DNA of 64,000 nucleotides from Bdellovibrionales bacterium (GCA_965199935.1 CBDATD010000002.1:128050-192049); one strand, 5' to 3'; shown: positions 39,617 to 48,347, numbered from the stretch's first letter. The notes: generated from the sequence alone by a model not told the origin. Numbers and translations are program-made.

Positions 39617-39700
39617 TTACTTAGAATCATATATCAGTTGCTGCATATTGCAGTCAGAGCTGTCAAATTTTTCATCGGTTTCATGGTAAGGGCAGTCATC
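39617..39700 (-). pseudogene. remnant R1 of the 3' end of the 61401..62783 gene family (most diverged copy)
   Basis: The minus-strand translation is DDCPYHETDEKFDSSDCNMQQLIYDSK*. Compare GGDCPYYEADEILGNTNCNDFQDLDD in the intact gene. There is no start codon or upstream coding sequence. Confidence 0.55.
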
Positions 39701-39781
39701 TCACTTTCTCTTTCAAAAATAACCATATATTAGGTTATTTCAGAGATAAATTCTTTAATTTGATAAAATTCACATAGATTA

Positions 39782-39810
39782 TTGACAAACTACATATTTT
39801 TATGTAGTAT
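39782..39810 (+). promoter_or_regulatory. sigma-70-type promoter with embedded palindromic operator for the TA pair
   Basis: TTGACA (39782-39787), a 17-nt spacer, then TAGTAT (39805-39810), directly before the ATG at 39811. The inverted repeat CTACAT/ATGTAG spans the spacer and overlaps the -10 hexamer. Confidence 0.6.
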
Positions 39811-40165
39811 ATGTTGATGAATGATGTGGCAGTTAAAAAGATTGATTATTATGCGACGAGGGGAGGGAGAGAGCCGTTTTTAGAGTGGATAAATGGTTTA
39901 GATGTGAAAACACAAATTATCGTTGATCGTTGCATTCAGAGGGTTGTACAGGGTTGTACAGGGTGGTGCTAAAAAATCTATCAGAAATTTAAAGGATGGA
40001 GTATTTGAAATGAAAATTCCTTATGCAGGGGGATTAAGAGTTTATTTTGCAAAATATAAAAATGAGGGTATTCTTTTGTTGATCGGAGGAGATAAGGGTA
40101 CACAGCAGAAAGACATACGGAAGGCAAAAAAATATTGGAGGTGCTATTATGGCAAACAGACATAA
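39811..40165 (+). pseudogene. RelE/ParE-superfamily (Gp49/DUF891-like) toxin disrupted by a 10-bp tandem duplication
   Basis: The 5' part reads MLMNDVAVKKIDYYATRGGREPFLEWINGLDVKTQIIVDRCIQRVVQG. GGGTTGTACA is then duplicated (39941-39950 and 39951-39960) and shifts the frame. Deleting one copy joins it to GAKKSIRNLKDGVFEMKIPYAGGLRVYFAKYKNEGILLLIGGDKGTQQKDIRKAKKYW, which is track ORF 39923..40165. Confidence 0.7.
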
Positions 40166-40472
40166 AAGTTATGATGAAGTATTGGCGAAGAAATTTAAAA
40201 ATCTGAGGTACGCCCAAGGATATCTTATTCATATTCTTGAAAAAGAAAAGTTACCGGTAGAAAAAGCTCTTCGTGAGACAATTAAAGCTATGGGGCTCAA
40301 AGAATTCTCTAATAAATCTGGTTTGTCGATTCAGGCTGTCTCCGACTTTGTGGCTAAGAGGCAGAAGTGGAGTATTGACAAGCTTTCAATTTGCATTAAG
40401 AAGGTGTTTCGTTTAAAGATCAAGTTATCTCTTGAAATTCCTAAATCTATCAAATCCACCAAAGTCGCTTGA
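40149..40472 (+). CDS. HTH antitoxin partner (HigA/addiction-module antidote type)
   Basis: It overlaps the toxin 3' end by 17 nt. 107 aa. The pattern is YLIHILEKE...AIKAMGLKEFSNKSGLSIQAVSDFVAKRQ (HTH). Confidence 0.65.
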   Translation: MANRHKSYDEVLAKKFKNLRYAQGYLIHILEKEKLPVEKALRETIKAMGLKEFSNKSGLSIQAVSDFVAKRQKWSIDKLSICIKKVFRLKIKLSLEIPKSIKSTKVA

Positions 40473-40595
40473 ACTATTGTTTTTGCAGAGTTATTTTGCG
40501 TGGGAGTTTTTAAAGTTCTCATTCTCTTGATTGTCGAGTCGTTGGAGAGGTGTTTTCTGAGGCCGCCGAATATTTGGATTTATATTGTATATTTC

Positions 40596-40964
40596 TTAAA
40601 AACAAATCACAATCCTCCCTGCGGTGAAAAATAAAGTGGAAAATTTTGACCGCAAATAACTAACAAAAGCTTCAGCTACTTCCAAAGGTCCCCCAGGAGT
40701 ATGGAGAATCAAATCTAATTTAGAACCAGAAAGACCATGAATGACCTCCATAAGACCTTGTAAATCTTCATCAGAAATACTCAAAAAAGAAGGAGGTACA
40801 TCAGGTTTGGATGTCCAACAAGATGCATAAAGAATTGTATTGCGTTTTGTTAAATCAAAGACTGCTTTTAAATATTTACGACGAACAAAATCAAATGAAG
40901 ATTTGACACCCGGCTGTTGAGTAGTTTCGTGTAATTCTTTGAGAATTTCACTCCATGTTGGCAT
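40596..40964 (-). pseudogene. N-terminal fragment of an SDH-family Clp-fold serine proteinase
   Basis: The family N-terminus is present: MPTWSEILKEL...RRKYLKAVFDLTKRNTILYAS...DLILHTPGGPLEVAEAFVSYLRSKF. The ORF then ends after ~110 aa of an expected ~280. Confidence 0.55.
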
Positions 40965-40981
40965 TCAGTGTTTTACCTTTC

Positions 40982-41188
40982 TCAGAAAAATATAGGTTCT
41001 GATGAATCCGAATTAGTAACCTTATAGGCAGAATTGTTAATAACTTGATGGGCCTGTTCTGCTTCATGGCTTTCTTGCCAAAGGTTATAAACAGTCATCA
41101 TTTCTTTAACACCTGGTCGATCAAGAGACTTCTTTCTTAACTCAGCGTGTCTTTTTGCCCTATTCTTTGGTACATCATATTTCCCCAT
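40982..41188 (-). CDS. small hypothetical protein upstream of the protease fragment
   Basis: 68-aa ORF on the same strand, ending 18 nt upstream of the start of the protease fragment. No recognisable motif. Confidence 0.3.
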   Translation of the reverse strand: MGKYDVPKNRAKRHAELRKKSLDRPGVKEMMTVYNLWQESHEAEQAHQVINNSAYKVTNSDSSEPIFF

Positions 41189-41436
41189 AAATTCCCTTTT
41201 ACTTATGTAATCCCAGATCTAAATCTAAAAAACCCCTGAAATGGCTTTTTAATACGGAAATTTCACTTACAAATTGTCGGTATATCGCTTTGATATGTAA
41301 AAAGCAATAAAAAAAAGAGCTGAAAAATGTTTTAAAAACAGCTTAACAAAAAAACGTCCTAAAATCGAATTTTTTTAAATATCACTCCTATTTGCCATAA
41401 TAACAGGCCATTTTTAGATCAACACTTTGGACTTAG

Positions 41437-41849
41437 TTAGAGGAGTAATATATACCAGCTCTTATAATGCTCCTCTAGCCTCTTTAAACGATGGGATTTT
41501 GTAGTTAAATTATGTCTTAGCCAGACCCCTTTGACTCCTCCTTCACTAACCATATAGCCTTCCTGTTTTAACTCATTGGATACCCTTTGTTGACCTGCTA
41601 CAGGGTTTTGCAAAGAATAATCCAAATCCTTTGTTCAATTTCAAGACTCACTCTGTCAGATATTTTAGGCTTAGATTTCGACTTAGCTATTAGTCCTGAT
41701 AAACCCTCTTCTTTTAGAGTCCCTTTTATATCGTAGTAATGCTGGCGGCTGACTCCTAGTCTTCGGCAGGCTTCCGATATATTTCCCAAAACTTTTCCTA
41801 ATTCTACTATATTTGTTTTTCTATTTATAATATACTGCTCTTGTGTCAT
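41437..41849 (-). mobile_element. remnant of an rve-type (IS481/IS3-superfamily-like) transposase: N-terminal HTH region only
   Basis: Two overlapping frames are involved. The first reads MTQEQYIINRKTNIVELGKVLGNISEACRRLGVSRQHYYDIKGTLKEEGLSGLIAKSKSKPK. The second reads LQNPVAGQQRVSNELKQEGYMVSEGGVKGVWLRHNL...RLKRLEE. No DDE catalytic domain follows and no terminal inverted repeats were seen. Confidence 0.6.
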
Positions 41850-42141
41850 GGCTTTCTCCTTTAATTAAATTTACTAATTACTTCTTTTAATTTTAACTGA
41901 GAAAGCCCGGCCTTTTTTAGTCTGGGCTGGATTTTTAGATTGTAAACGCTTTTCTATACTAGCTCATATTATGACTTTGAAAAATGGAAAAGTGTATGCG
42001 GGGTCTTTGAGGAAATATCCAAACAATCCAAATCTAAAATATGAGCGCCAAACAATTTCTATTATTCCATCTTTTAGCGGGTACAGAGAACAAGAGCAAA
42101 AATGGGTTGAATGGGCCAGCTGCACATCACAGTTGAAGTTT

Positions 42142-43272
42142 TTATATTTTTAAGACTTCTTTGCAGAAAGTGATGAAGGGCAGGGAGCGGCCTTTGTTCT
42201 TTTCATCTCCAAAATCTTTTTTCATAAGATGCACTTGAAAGCACTTTGGGATAAGCAGTCTTTTTTGAAAATACCCCAGATGAGGAGATAAAGCTTTCTC
42301 ACCCGCTTTGCATTCCACTGCAAATAACGGGCGTTTATTTTTTAGGACTATAAAATCCACTTCTCTTTTGTCTGTGTCCCTCAAATATCTTAATTCCATT
42401 TTATCTCCGCGGGAGTCACAGCGGTAATGGCAGTATTTTAATAAATGACAAGCGACAAGATTTTCAAAGCGGTATCCCTTTGATTCTATTTGAGACCAGT
42501 CCCAAAAATAAAGTTTTTGCTCCTTTTTGACTGCCCTGATCTTTGAACGTCCAAAGGGGGGGATTAAAAACACAACATAAAGAGCTTCAAGCAGTTTTAA
42601 CCACCGAGCAATAGTTTGGTGGCTGACTTGTAAATCCTCTCTTATTGAGTTGATAGACAGAGGTGATCCTGATTTTTCAGGCAGAGACTCTAACAAGAGG
42701 TGAATCAATGAAACTTCTTTTACTTTTTCTAAATCTCTTAAATCCTCATTAATTACTTGGTGATTTCTATGGTTTTGCCATTTCTTCCAATGGCTGAGCG
42801 ATTGGCTGAATAGAGGTTCAGGAAATCCTCCAAACTTCATCAGTGTTTTTAAATCGCTGATGGAAGGGTTTTTGTTCAATTCTAAGAGAGAAAAAGGATG
42901 AAGCCGATAATGAAAATATCGACCCATCAAAGAGTCTCCCCCTTTTGAAAAGTAATCCAAACGCCCTGATCCTGTAACTACAAAGAAATGATTTGAGTGA
43001 TGTGCATCATAAAGTCCTTTCATGAAAGACCTCCATCTGGCGTATTTATGAATTTCATCAAAAATAATTATTTTATGTTTTAACGGGATTTCATTAATTA
43101 ATATTTTTTTTCTATGATCTGGAATATCCCAATTTAAGTAAGATGGATTTCTTGCTGCAGACGGCTTGATCAAACTAAGGCTGAGAGTGGTTTTTCCGAC
43201 TTGTCGGGGTCCGCTGATAAACACCATCTTCTTTTTCATATCTTTTTTAATATGGCTGGACAGGTATCGCAT
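42142..43272 (-). CDS. AAA+ ATPase of the AAA_14/DUF4143 type (paralog of 33952..35100)
   Basis: 376 aa. Features are Walker A SGPRQVGKTTL, Walker B IIIFDEIHKY, GSGRLDYFSKGGDSLMGRY, and the C-terminal REVDFIV...FAVECK. Confidence 0.8.
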   Translation of the reverse strand: MRYLSSHIKKDMKKKMVFISGPRQVGKTTLSLSLIKPSAARNPSYLNWDIPDHRKKILINEIPLKHKIIIFDEIHKYARWRSFMKGLYDAHHSNHFFVVTGSGRLDYFSKGGDSLMGRYFHYRLHPFSLLELNKNPSISDLKTLMKFGGFPEPLFSQSLSHWKKWQNHRNHQVINEDLRDLEKVKEVSLIHLLLESLPEKSGSPLSINSIREDLQVSHQTIARWLKLLEALYVVFLIPPFGRSKIRAVKKEQKLYFWDWSQIESKGYRFENLVACHLLKYCHYRCDSRGDKMELRYLRDTDKREVDFIVLKNKRPLFAVECKAGEKALSPHLGYFQKRLLIPKCFQVHLMKKDFGDEKNKGRSLPFITFCKEVLKI

Positions 43273-43332
43273 AGAATAGGCTCCTTTAAGCAGTTTTCTT
43301 GAATGTTAAAATATGATTATTTTAAGGTCAAG

Positions 43333-43377
43333 TTAAAAATACTCATGAGTATTCTAACATAGGATTAAAAATACTCA
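43333..43377 (-). promoter_or_regulatory. pair of direct repeats upstream of ATPase gene 42142..43272
   Basis: TTAAAAATACTCA occurs at 43333-43345 and 43365-43377, a 32-bp period. The first copy overlaps the palindrome ACTCATGAGT. On the gene strand a TTGAC follows the proximal copy. Confidence 0.45.
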
Positions 43378-43679
43378 CATGATTTGCAAGGAAGGCAAAA
43401 CTGAATTTTTTTACCAAATTTGCTGAAAATTTCATAAAAATAGACGAATTTTGTTAAGTATGATGTTTAATAGGTTTAAGATTTAGGCCGCATTTCCTCA
43501 GACACGCAGTCTATATTGTTTTATTCTGATTCAATTTGAAACGATATTACATTCCGTAATGTACGTTTAGTCCATTTTAATCTTATTATTTTCGATATGT
43601 GTCCGATAAGTCTGGTTAGACTGTAGCCCTCGAAGGGATACGGTTCAGATTAACCAGAAGAAAAAGTGGGATATGTCCA

Positions 43680-45125
43680 ATGACATTAGGTCAGTTGTTT
43701 CAAGAATTTCAGAATAATCCAATAGCTTTGATTATATTTTGTGTTTGTTCTTTATTTATATTCTATTATGCTTATTTGGAGGGGAGAAGCTTAAAAGCAG
43801 AAAGTTTTAAGGATTATAAATCTATTATTATCAGCATTGGTATATGCGGTACTTTCATAGGTATATTTATTAGTTTATTCTCCTTTGATCCTCAAAATAT
43901 TGAAAAAAGCGTACCTGAATTACTAGGTGGACTGAAATTAGCTTTTTCAACGTCTATTGTAGGTATGCTTTTCTCTATAATCTTATCTCATAGAGAGAAC
44001 TCTTTATCAAAATCTGAAAATCAATCCAATTCTTCAGAAAAAGATATTTTGAAATCTATTCTTGAGACAAATGTTGAAACCAACGGTGTTTTAACAAAAT
44101 TATCACAGAGCATAGAAAAATCTAATTTAAGGATGGTTAATCAATTAGTTTCCACTGAATCCTCTATTTCAAATTGTTTAAAACCCATTTTAGCTGAACA
44201 AAAAATGGCGAATAGTCTTTTCCTTGAGATTAAGAATAAAGTGGAGACCATAAATGACAATATGCTACAATCATCCGAGAATATAGATCAACACCTCAAC
44301 AAGGTTCAAAGGATGGTTAATCAATTAGTTTCCACTGAATCCTCTATTTCAAATTGTTTAAAACCCATTTTAGCTGAACAAAAAATGGCGAATAGTCTTT
44401 TCCTTGAGATTAAGAATAAAGTGGAGACCATAAATGACAATATGCTACAATCATCCGAGAATATAGATCAACACCTCAACAAGGTTCATACGTCATTAAA
44501 ACAGGCGTTAGAAGAATTATCTAAAGGAGCTTCTGAAGCTGTTGTTACTGCATTAAAACAGGTAATTACTGATTTTAATGACAACTTAACAGAGCAATTT
44601 GGAGACAATTTTAAACAGCTTAATGAAGCGGTTTATAAGATGATTAAATGGCAAGAGAATTATAAGGTGGCGATCACACAAGTGGAAGAGAATTTACAAA
44701 ATATACAAACTCAGATTGAGCAAAATTCCTCTTGGGTTGAAAGGTTTGCGGAAGATTATAAAAAAATCTCAAAAGTACATCAAGATTTAAGGGAAATTAT
44801 AGAAACAAATCAACATCAAATAGACGAATTAGAAAATGGACTAAGTAACCTTCACGAGGCTGGTCAAGGTGCTGATTTGTTAGTAAAATCGATGGAGAAC
44901 TTTTCATCAAAGATTAGGTCTTCCATAGAAGAGCAATCAACAGCATTAAATAATCAATCAGAGTCCCTTAGAACTCAATCAGATAATTTAAGAAAGGAAT
45001 TGGAAAGCTCTTTAGGAAATCTGAACACAGCCCTTGTGAGTTTGACCAATAAATTTAGAGAAGAGTATAAAGGCCTTCTTGAACAGCATAAGGAACTGCT
45101 TCTGAACTTCAAGAGATCAGCATAG
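43680..45125 (+). CDS. MotA/ExbB-like membrane protein with long coiled-coil tail (ZorA-like)
   Basis: The N-terminal TM helices include the MotA/ExbB-type pattern SIGICGTFIGIFISLF...LLGGLKLAFSTSIVGMLFSIIL. The remaining ~360 aa are heptad-rich, Q/E/N/L coiled-coil-like. It contains a perfect 60-codon tandem duplication. Confidence 0.7.
   Translation: MTLGQLFQEFQNNPIALIIFCVCSLFIFYYAYLEGRSLKAESFKDYKSIIISIGICGTFIGIFISLFSFDPQNIEKSVPELLGGLKLAFSTSIVGMLFSIILSHRENSLSKSENQSNSSEKDILKSILETNVETNGVLTKLSQSIEKSNLRMVNQLVSTESSISNCLKPILAEQKMANSLFLEIKNKVETINDNMLQSSENIDQHLNKVQRMVNQLVSTESSISNCLKPILAEQKMANSLFLEIKNKVETINDNMLQSSENIDQHLNKVHTSLKQALEELSKGASEAVVTALKQVITDFNDNLTEQFGDNFKQLNEAVYKMIKWQENYKVAITQVEENLQNIQTQIEQNSSWVERFAEDYKKISKVHQDLREIIETNQHQIDELENGLSNLHEAGQGADLLVKSMENFSSKIRSSIEEQSTALNNQSESLRTQSDNLRKELESSLGNLNTALVSLTNKFREEYKGLLEQHKELLLNFKRSA
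44131..44490 (+). repeat. perfect 2 x 180-bp in-frame tandem duplication inside the ZorA-like tail
   Basis: 44131-44310 and 44311-44490 are identical base for base except at the last 2-3 nt, the junction. Each copy encodes RMVNQLVSTESSISNCLKPILAEQKMANSLFLEIKNKVETINDNMLQSSENIDQHLNKV. Confidence 0.97.
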
Positions 45126-45134
45126 AGTGTTCAG

Positions 45135-45926
45135 ATGAAGGTAGATTTGACACAATTTGAAGAGCTTTTGGAAGCAGTAAAGAGTTTTGGTATTAGTGAT
45201 TTTTCAAAAATAAAAATTCAATTTGAAAGAGGTGAAGGGTTAGATGTAAATTTAGATGAGATTTTTCCTTCTTCAAGTGAAGAGCTTCTAACTATTTTAC
45301 CGGATGGGTCAGTTAGAAAATCTATCATCTATATTGTGGATATTTCTACATATTATGATGAGACACATAGTTATCCTAAGTTTCATATATATAATTGTAA
45401 GACGATAAAGTGGATGAGAGCTGGTGGGAGAGGACATAGATACAAAGCTTCTAGCAGAGTAGATGGGAAATTCATGCTGATCAAAAATGACAGAAAGTGG
45501 GAAGAAGAATTAAAAATATGTCTTAACTGTCTGAAACATTACAATGATCAATTTGTAAGTATTAAAACAAGAGAAAATTTTTCAATTAAAGAATATATCA
45601 AAAATCCAATAAAGAGTTCTGGATTTTTTGAAAGCTTTGATTTTTGTACTCTTCCAAATGTGTACGCTGAAAATTGGAAATCTATATCAGATTACGTAAA
45701 GAAGAGGTCACATTATAAATGTTCTAAATGCTGTAGGGATTTTTCAAACAAATCTTATAGAGAGTTTTTACACACTCACCACAAGGATGGAGATAAGACT
45801 AATAATACGTTTGGAAATCTAGTTTCTTTATGTATTGAATGCCACTCTCAAGAATATAATCATGGGCATATGAAAAATAGCTTTCAATACAAAAAATATT
45901 TAAAAACTAAAAAGAAGGTAGCATGA
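45135..45926 (+). CDS. HNH endonuclease-domain protein (ZorE-like position/function)
   Basis: The C-terminal HNH/His-Me finger is CSKCCRDF...LHTHHKDGDKTNNTFGNLVSLCIECHSQEYNH. The N-terminal ~190 aa are an unknown domain with PKFHIYNCKTIKWM...CLNCL. It starts 10 nt after the ZorA-like stop. Confidence 0.75.
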   Translation: MKVDLTQFEELLEAVKSFGISDFSKIKIQFERGEGLDVNLDEIFPSSSEELLTILPDGSVRKSIIYIVDISTYYDETHSYPKFHIYNCKTIKWMRAGGRGHRYKASSRVDGKFMLIKNDRKWEEELKICLNCLKHYNDQFVSIKTRENFSIKEYIKNPIKSSGFFESFDFCTLPNVYAENWKSISDYVKKRSHYKCSKCCRDFSNKSYREFLHTHHKDGDKTNNTFGNLVSLCIECHSQEYNHGHMKNSFQYKKYLKTKKKVA

Positions 45927-46675
45927 AGTCTTCTAAAGAATGGATAAGTATTTCAGATATGATGACTGGACTAATGATGGTTTTTCTATTTATTGCTGTC
46001 CTGTATATAGATAAAATTGAAGATAGCATTCGATGTATGGAGCATCCAGAAGAATTTCAGAAAGAAGTAAAAAATTTGATGGAAAGATATGATAACTATA
46101 ATGAACAAATTTATGTTCAGCTTAAAAATGAATTCAATAAAGAGTTAGAAATATGGGATGCAAAATTAGATAGAGAAAATCTCACAATGAGTTTTTCTCG
46201 TAAAATGATCTTTTTGGCTGGGGATACTCGTATCAAACAGAATTTTAAAAAAGTTTTAGATAATTTTTGCCCTAGATATTTTAAGATCTTGTACAAATCT
46301 AAGGAAGATATAAAGGAGATAAGAATAGAAGGTCATACATCCAGAGAGTGGGATGAAGTTTCCAATCGAAAAATAGCTTATTTTAATAATATGGAGCTAT
46401 CACAAGATAGAACGAGATCAGTATTAGAATATTGTATAGCAGAGCGTTTGAGCATTGATGATGAAATTCAAAATTGGATATTGAAAAAAGTTACGGCAAA
46501 TGGTTTGTCGTCTAGTCAACTTAAATGTGATCATACAGATCCTGATGAGTTATGTAAAGCTCAAAATAGAAGAGTCGAATTTCGGGTGCAAACGAATGAA
46601 ACTGCTGTGTTGAAACAAATTAAAGATAAGCTCAATAATTTATTAGAGCAATTAAAAAAGTGTAAAAAAACATAA
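45923..46675 (+). CDS. MotB/OmpA-like stator-anchor protein (ZorB-like)
   Basis: An ATGA overlap joins it to the HNH gene. The N-terminus is WISISDMMTGLMMVFLFIAVL, a MotB-type plug/TM with the conserved Asp. The C-terminal OmpA-like motifs are IRIEGHTS...NMELSQDRTRSV...NRRVEFRV. Confidence 0.75.
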   Translation: MKSSKEWISISDMMTGLMMVFLFIAVLYIDKIEDSIRCMEHPEEFQKEVKNLMERYDNYNEQIYVQLKNEFNKELEIWDAKLDRENLTMSFSRKMIFLAGDTRIKQNFKKVLDNFCPRYFKILYKSKEDIKEIRIEGHTSREWDEVSNRKIAYFNNMELSQDRTRSVLEYCIAERLSIDDEIQNWILKKVTANGLSSSQLKCDHTDPDELCKAQNRRVEFRVQTNETAVLKQIKDKLNNLLEQLKKCKKT

Positions 46676-46732
46676 AACACAAACAAGGTATACTACAGAT
46701 GAGTTAGCTTTCCTCTGTGGTGAATGCGAGGG

Positions 46733-46850
46733 TCACTGGTTTTCATTTCTGTTGAAGTTGATACAAGGGTATCCACTGCATTGCGGGGCCAAAGGGTGTA
46801 CTTTACCACTGTAATCATCTAAATCTGAAAAGTCATTGCAGTCAGAGCAA
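46733..46850 (-). pseudogene. remnant R2 of the 3' end of the 61401..62783 gene family
   Basis: The minus-strand translation is CSDCNDFSDLDDYSGKVHPLAPQCSGYPCINFNRNENQ*. It begins immediately at the stop codon of gene 46851..48347. Confidence 0.65.
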
Positions 46851-48347
46851 CTAAGACTGCTTCTGTTTATTCTGCTGGTTTGAATCATGATGTATTCTTA
46901 TATTTGATAAGATTAATAATGTGTGGATTATAGCAGTGGTGGTTTTTGAATTTAAACTGTTCTTAGGAAAATGACCATGGCAAATCATATTTCTAAGATT
47001 CCAACCTCTTTGGTCAGTTAGAAGTAACTCAAAATATCTGGGTATATTACTATTGAGCTTAAAAGCTGTAATAAATTTATCGTCTTTCAATAGAGATCCT
47101 AAGGAGCGTAATTGAAAGTTATGAGGTTTATAAATTGTTCCTCCGTTTATTTTTACTAATTCTCTAACAATGGATTCAATCTGAAGTATTAATATTAAAG
47201 TACTTGATATATAATTTCCATTAAAAAAATGTTCTAGTCCTTTTTTTATAATTTGATATCGTTCCTTTGGAAATATAGGAGAAAGAAAAAAATGTTTTAA
47301 AAGGTTTTGAGCAGTTAACGATTTATGAGTTTTCAAAGATTGTAAGCCTAATTCAAGAAAATTTAGATTAATCTGAATTTCGTAATTCATTTGATTAATG
47401 ATATGCCCTTGATTAACAGTACGTTCAGGTGAGTCTTTTTCTGTAGATCCAATTTTATTTATCACTCGTCCTGTATGATCTATCTTTTTTTGAGTTATGA
47501 AAAACTGGAGTGGAGACTTTTGTAACGTTTTTAGCACAATATCCTTAGACCTATTTTTGTCAGGAATAAAGTTTATAGATAAAGAAACTAATGATTCAAA
47601 AAGAGAATTTTGGTTTAATAACGTAGATGTGTAGTTATCGATTTCTTTTCTAGGAATGCTGATAGTTTCATCAAATTTCTTTAATTCTTCTAAAGAAGAT
47701 TGTTGGTATTTACGTATAGCAGGCTCTAATGCTTCCATTTCTCTAAATAGTTTGTATTGATACAATATTATTCTGACTTTTTCTAATAACTCACTTCCCA
47801 CCATTGCAGGGACACTTTTACAATGATGCAAACAGGAATCTTTATAGAGCAATAGTACTTTTCTTAGATTTCTGGTTTTGTTTTTGTACTTGTAGTAAGA
47901 GGATAATCTTGAAATACTTTTCTCAACAGCAAAGAAGTTAAATCTATCTGAATTGTTATCAGAAAAGGTGTTTAATCTTCTTTCTAATTCTTTTATAATC
48001 TCCTTTTCTTGTTCTTTTTTTAGTTGAACCTTCTTAGATAAATTTTTATCTTCAATTAGTAAATCAAATGCATATCCCCATGTGCCAAGTTTATCATCTT
48101 CAGAGTAAGTGTTTTCATATTTTATAAGGGCATCTCTTACATTGAATATCCTTTTTTCATCTGATATAGATATGGCTAGCTTTAAACTTTGTTCTAGCTT
48201 GTCAATTATGGAATGAAATCCTTCTGCAATTAATTTTTTGTTAGATAAGTTTTCATTTTTTAACTTAGATAGTTGTAAAGAAGAATCAATAAATTTGTGG
48301 GCAAAGGATATATTTCGATTTGTTTGTTTTGAAAAAAACCAAGCCAA
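46851..48347 (-). CDS. hypothetical protein with DUF4209-like C-terminus (tentative)
   Basis: ~498 aa, very AT-rich, with a TTG start in the track. The C-terminal segment LLTDQRGWNLRNMICHGHF resembles the conserved R-N-x-x-x-H-G core I associate with DUF4209. This has not been verified by any search. Confidence 0.5.
   Translation of the reverse strand: MAWFFSKQTNRNISFAHKFIDSSLQLSKLKNENLSNKKLIAEGFHSIIDKLEQSLKLAISISDEKRIFNVRDALIKYENTYSEDDKLGTWGYAFDLLIEDKNLSKKVQLKKEQEKEIIKELERRLNTFSDNNSDRFNFFAVEKSISRLSSYYKYKNKTRNLRKVLLLYKDSCLHHCKSVPAMVGSELLEKVRIILYQYKLFREMEALEPAIRKYQQSSLEELKKFDETISIPRKEIDNYTSTLLNQNSLFESLVSLSINFIPDKNRSKDIVLKTLQKSPLQFFITQKKIDHTGRVINKIGSTEKDSPERTVNQGHIINQMNYEIQINLNFLELGLQSLKTHKSLTAQNLLKHFFLSPIFPKERYQIIKKGLEHFFNGNYISSTLILILQIESIVRELVKINGGTIYKPHNFQLRSLGSLLKDDKFITAFKLNSNIPRYFELLLTDQRGWNLRNMICHGHFPKNSLNSKTTTAIIHTLLILSNIRIHHDSNQQNKQKQS

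Noticed and set aside
43680-46675. Interpretation of the MotA-like/MotB-like pair as a flagellar stator or a Tol/Exb system
   Set aside because: There is no flagellar, TonB or Tol-Pal context. The MotA-like protein carries a ~360-aa coiled-coil tail that those systems lack, and an HNH nuclease is translationally coupled between the two genes. The locus is also in an AT-rich island.
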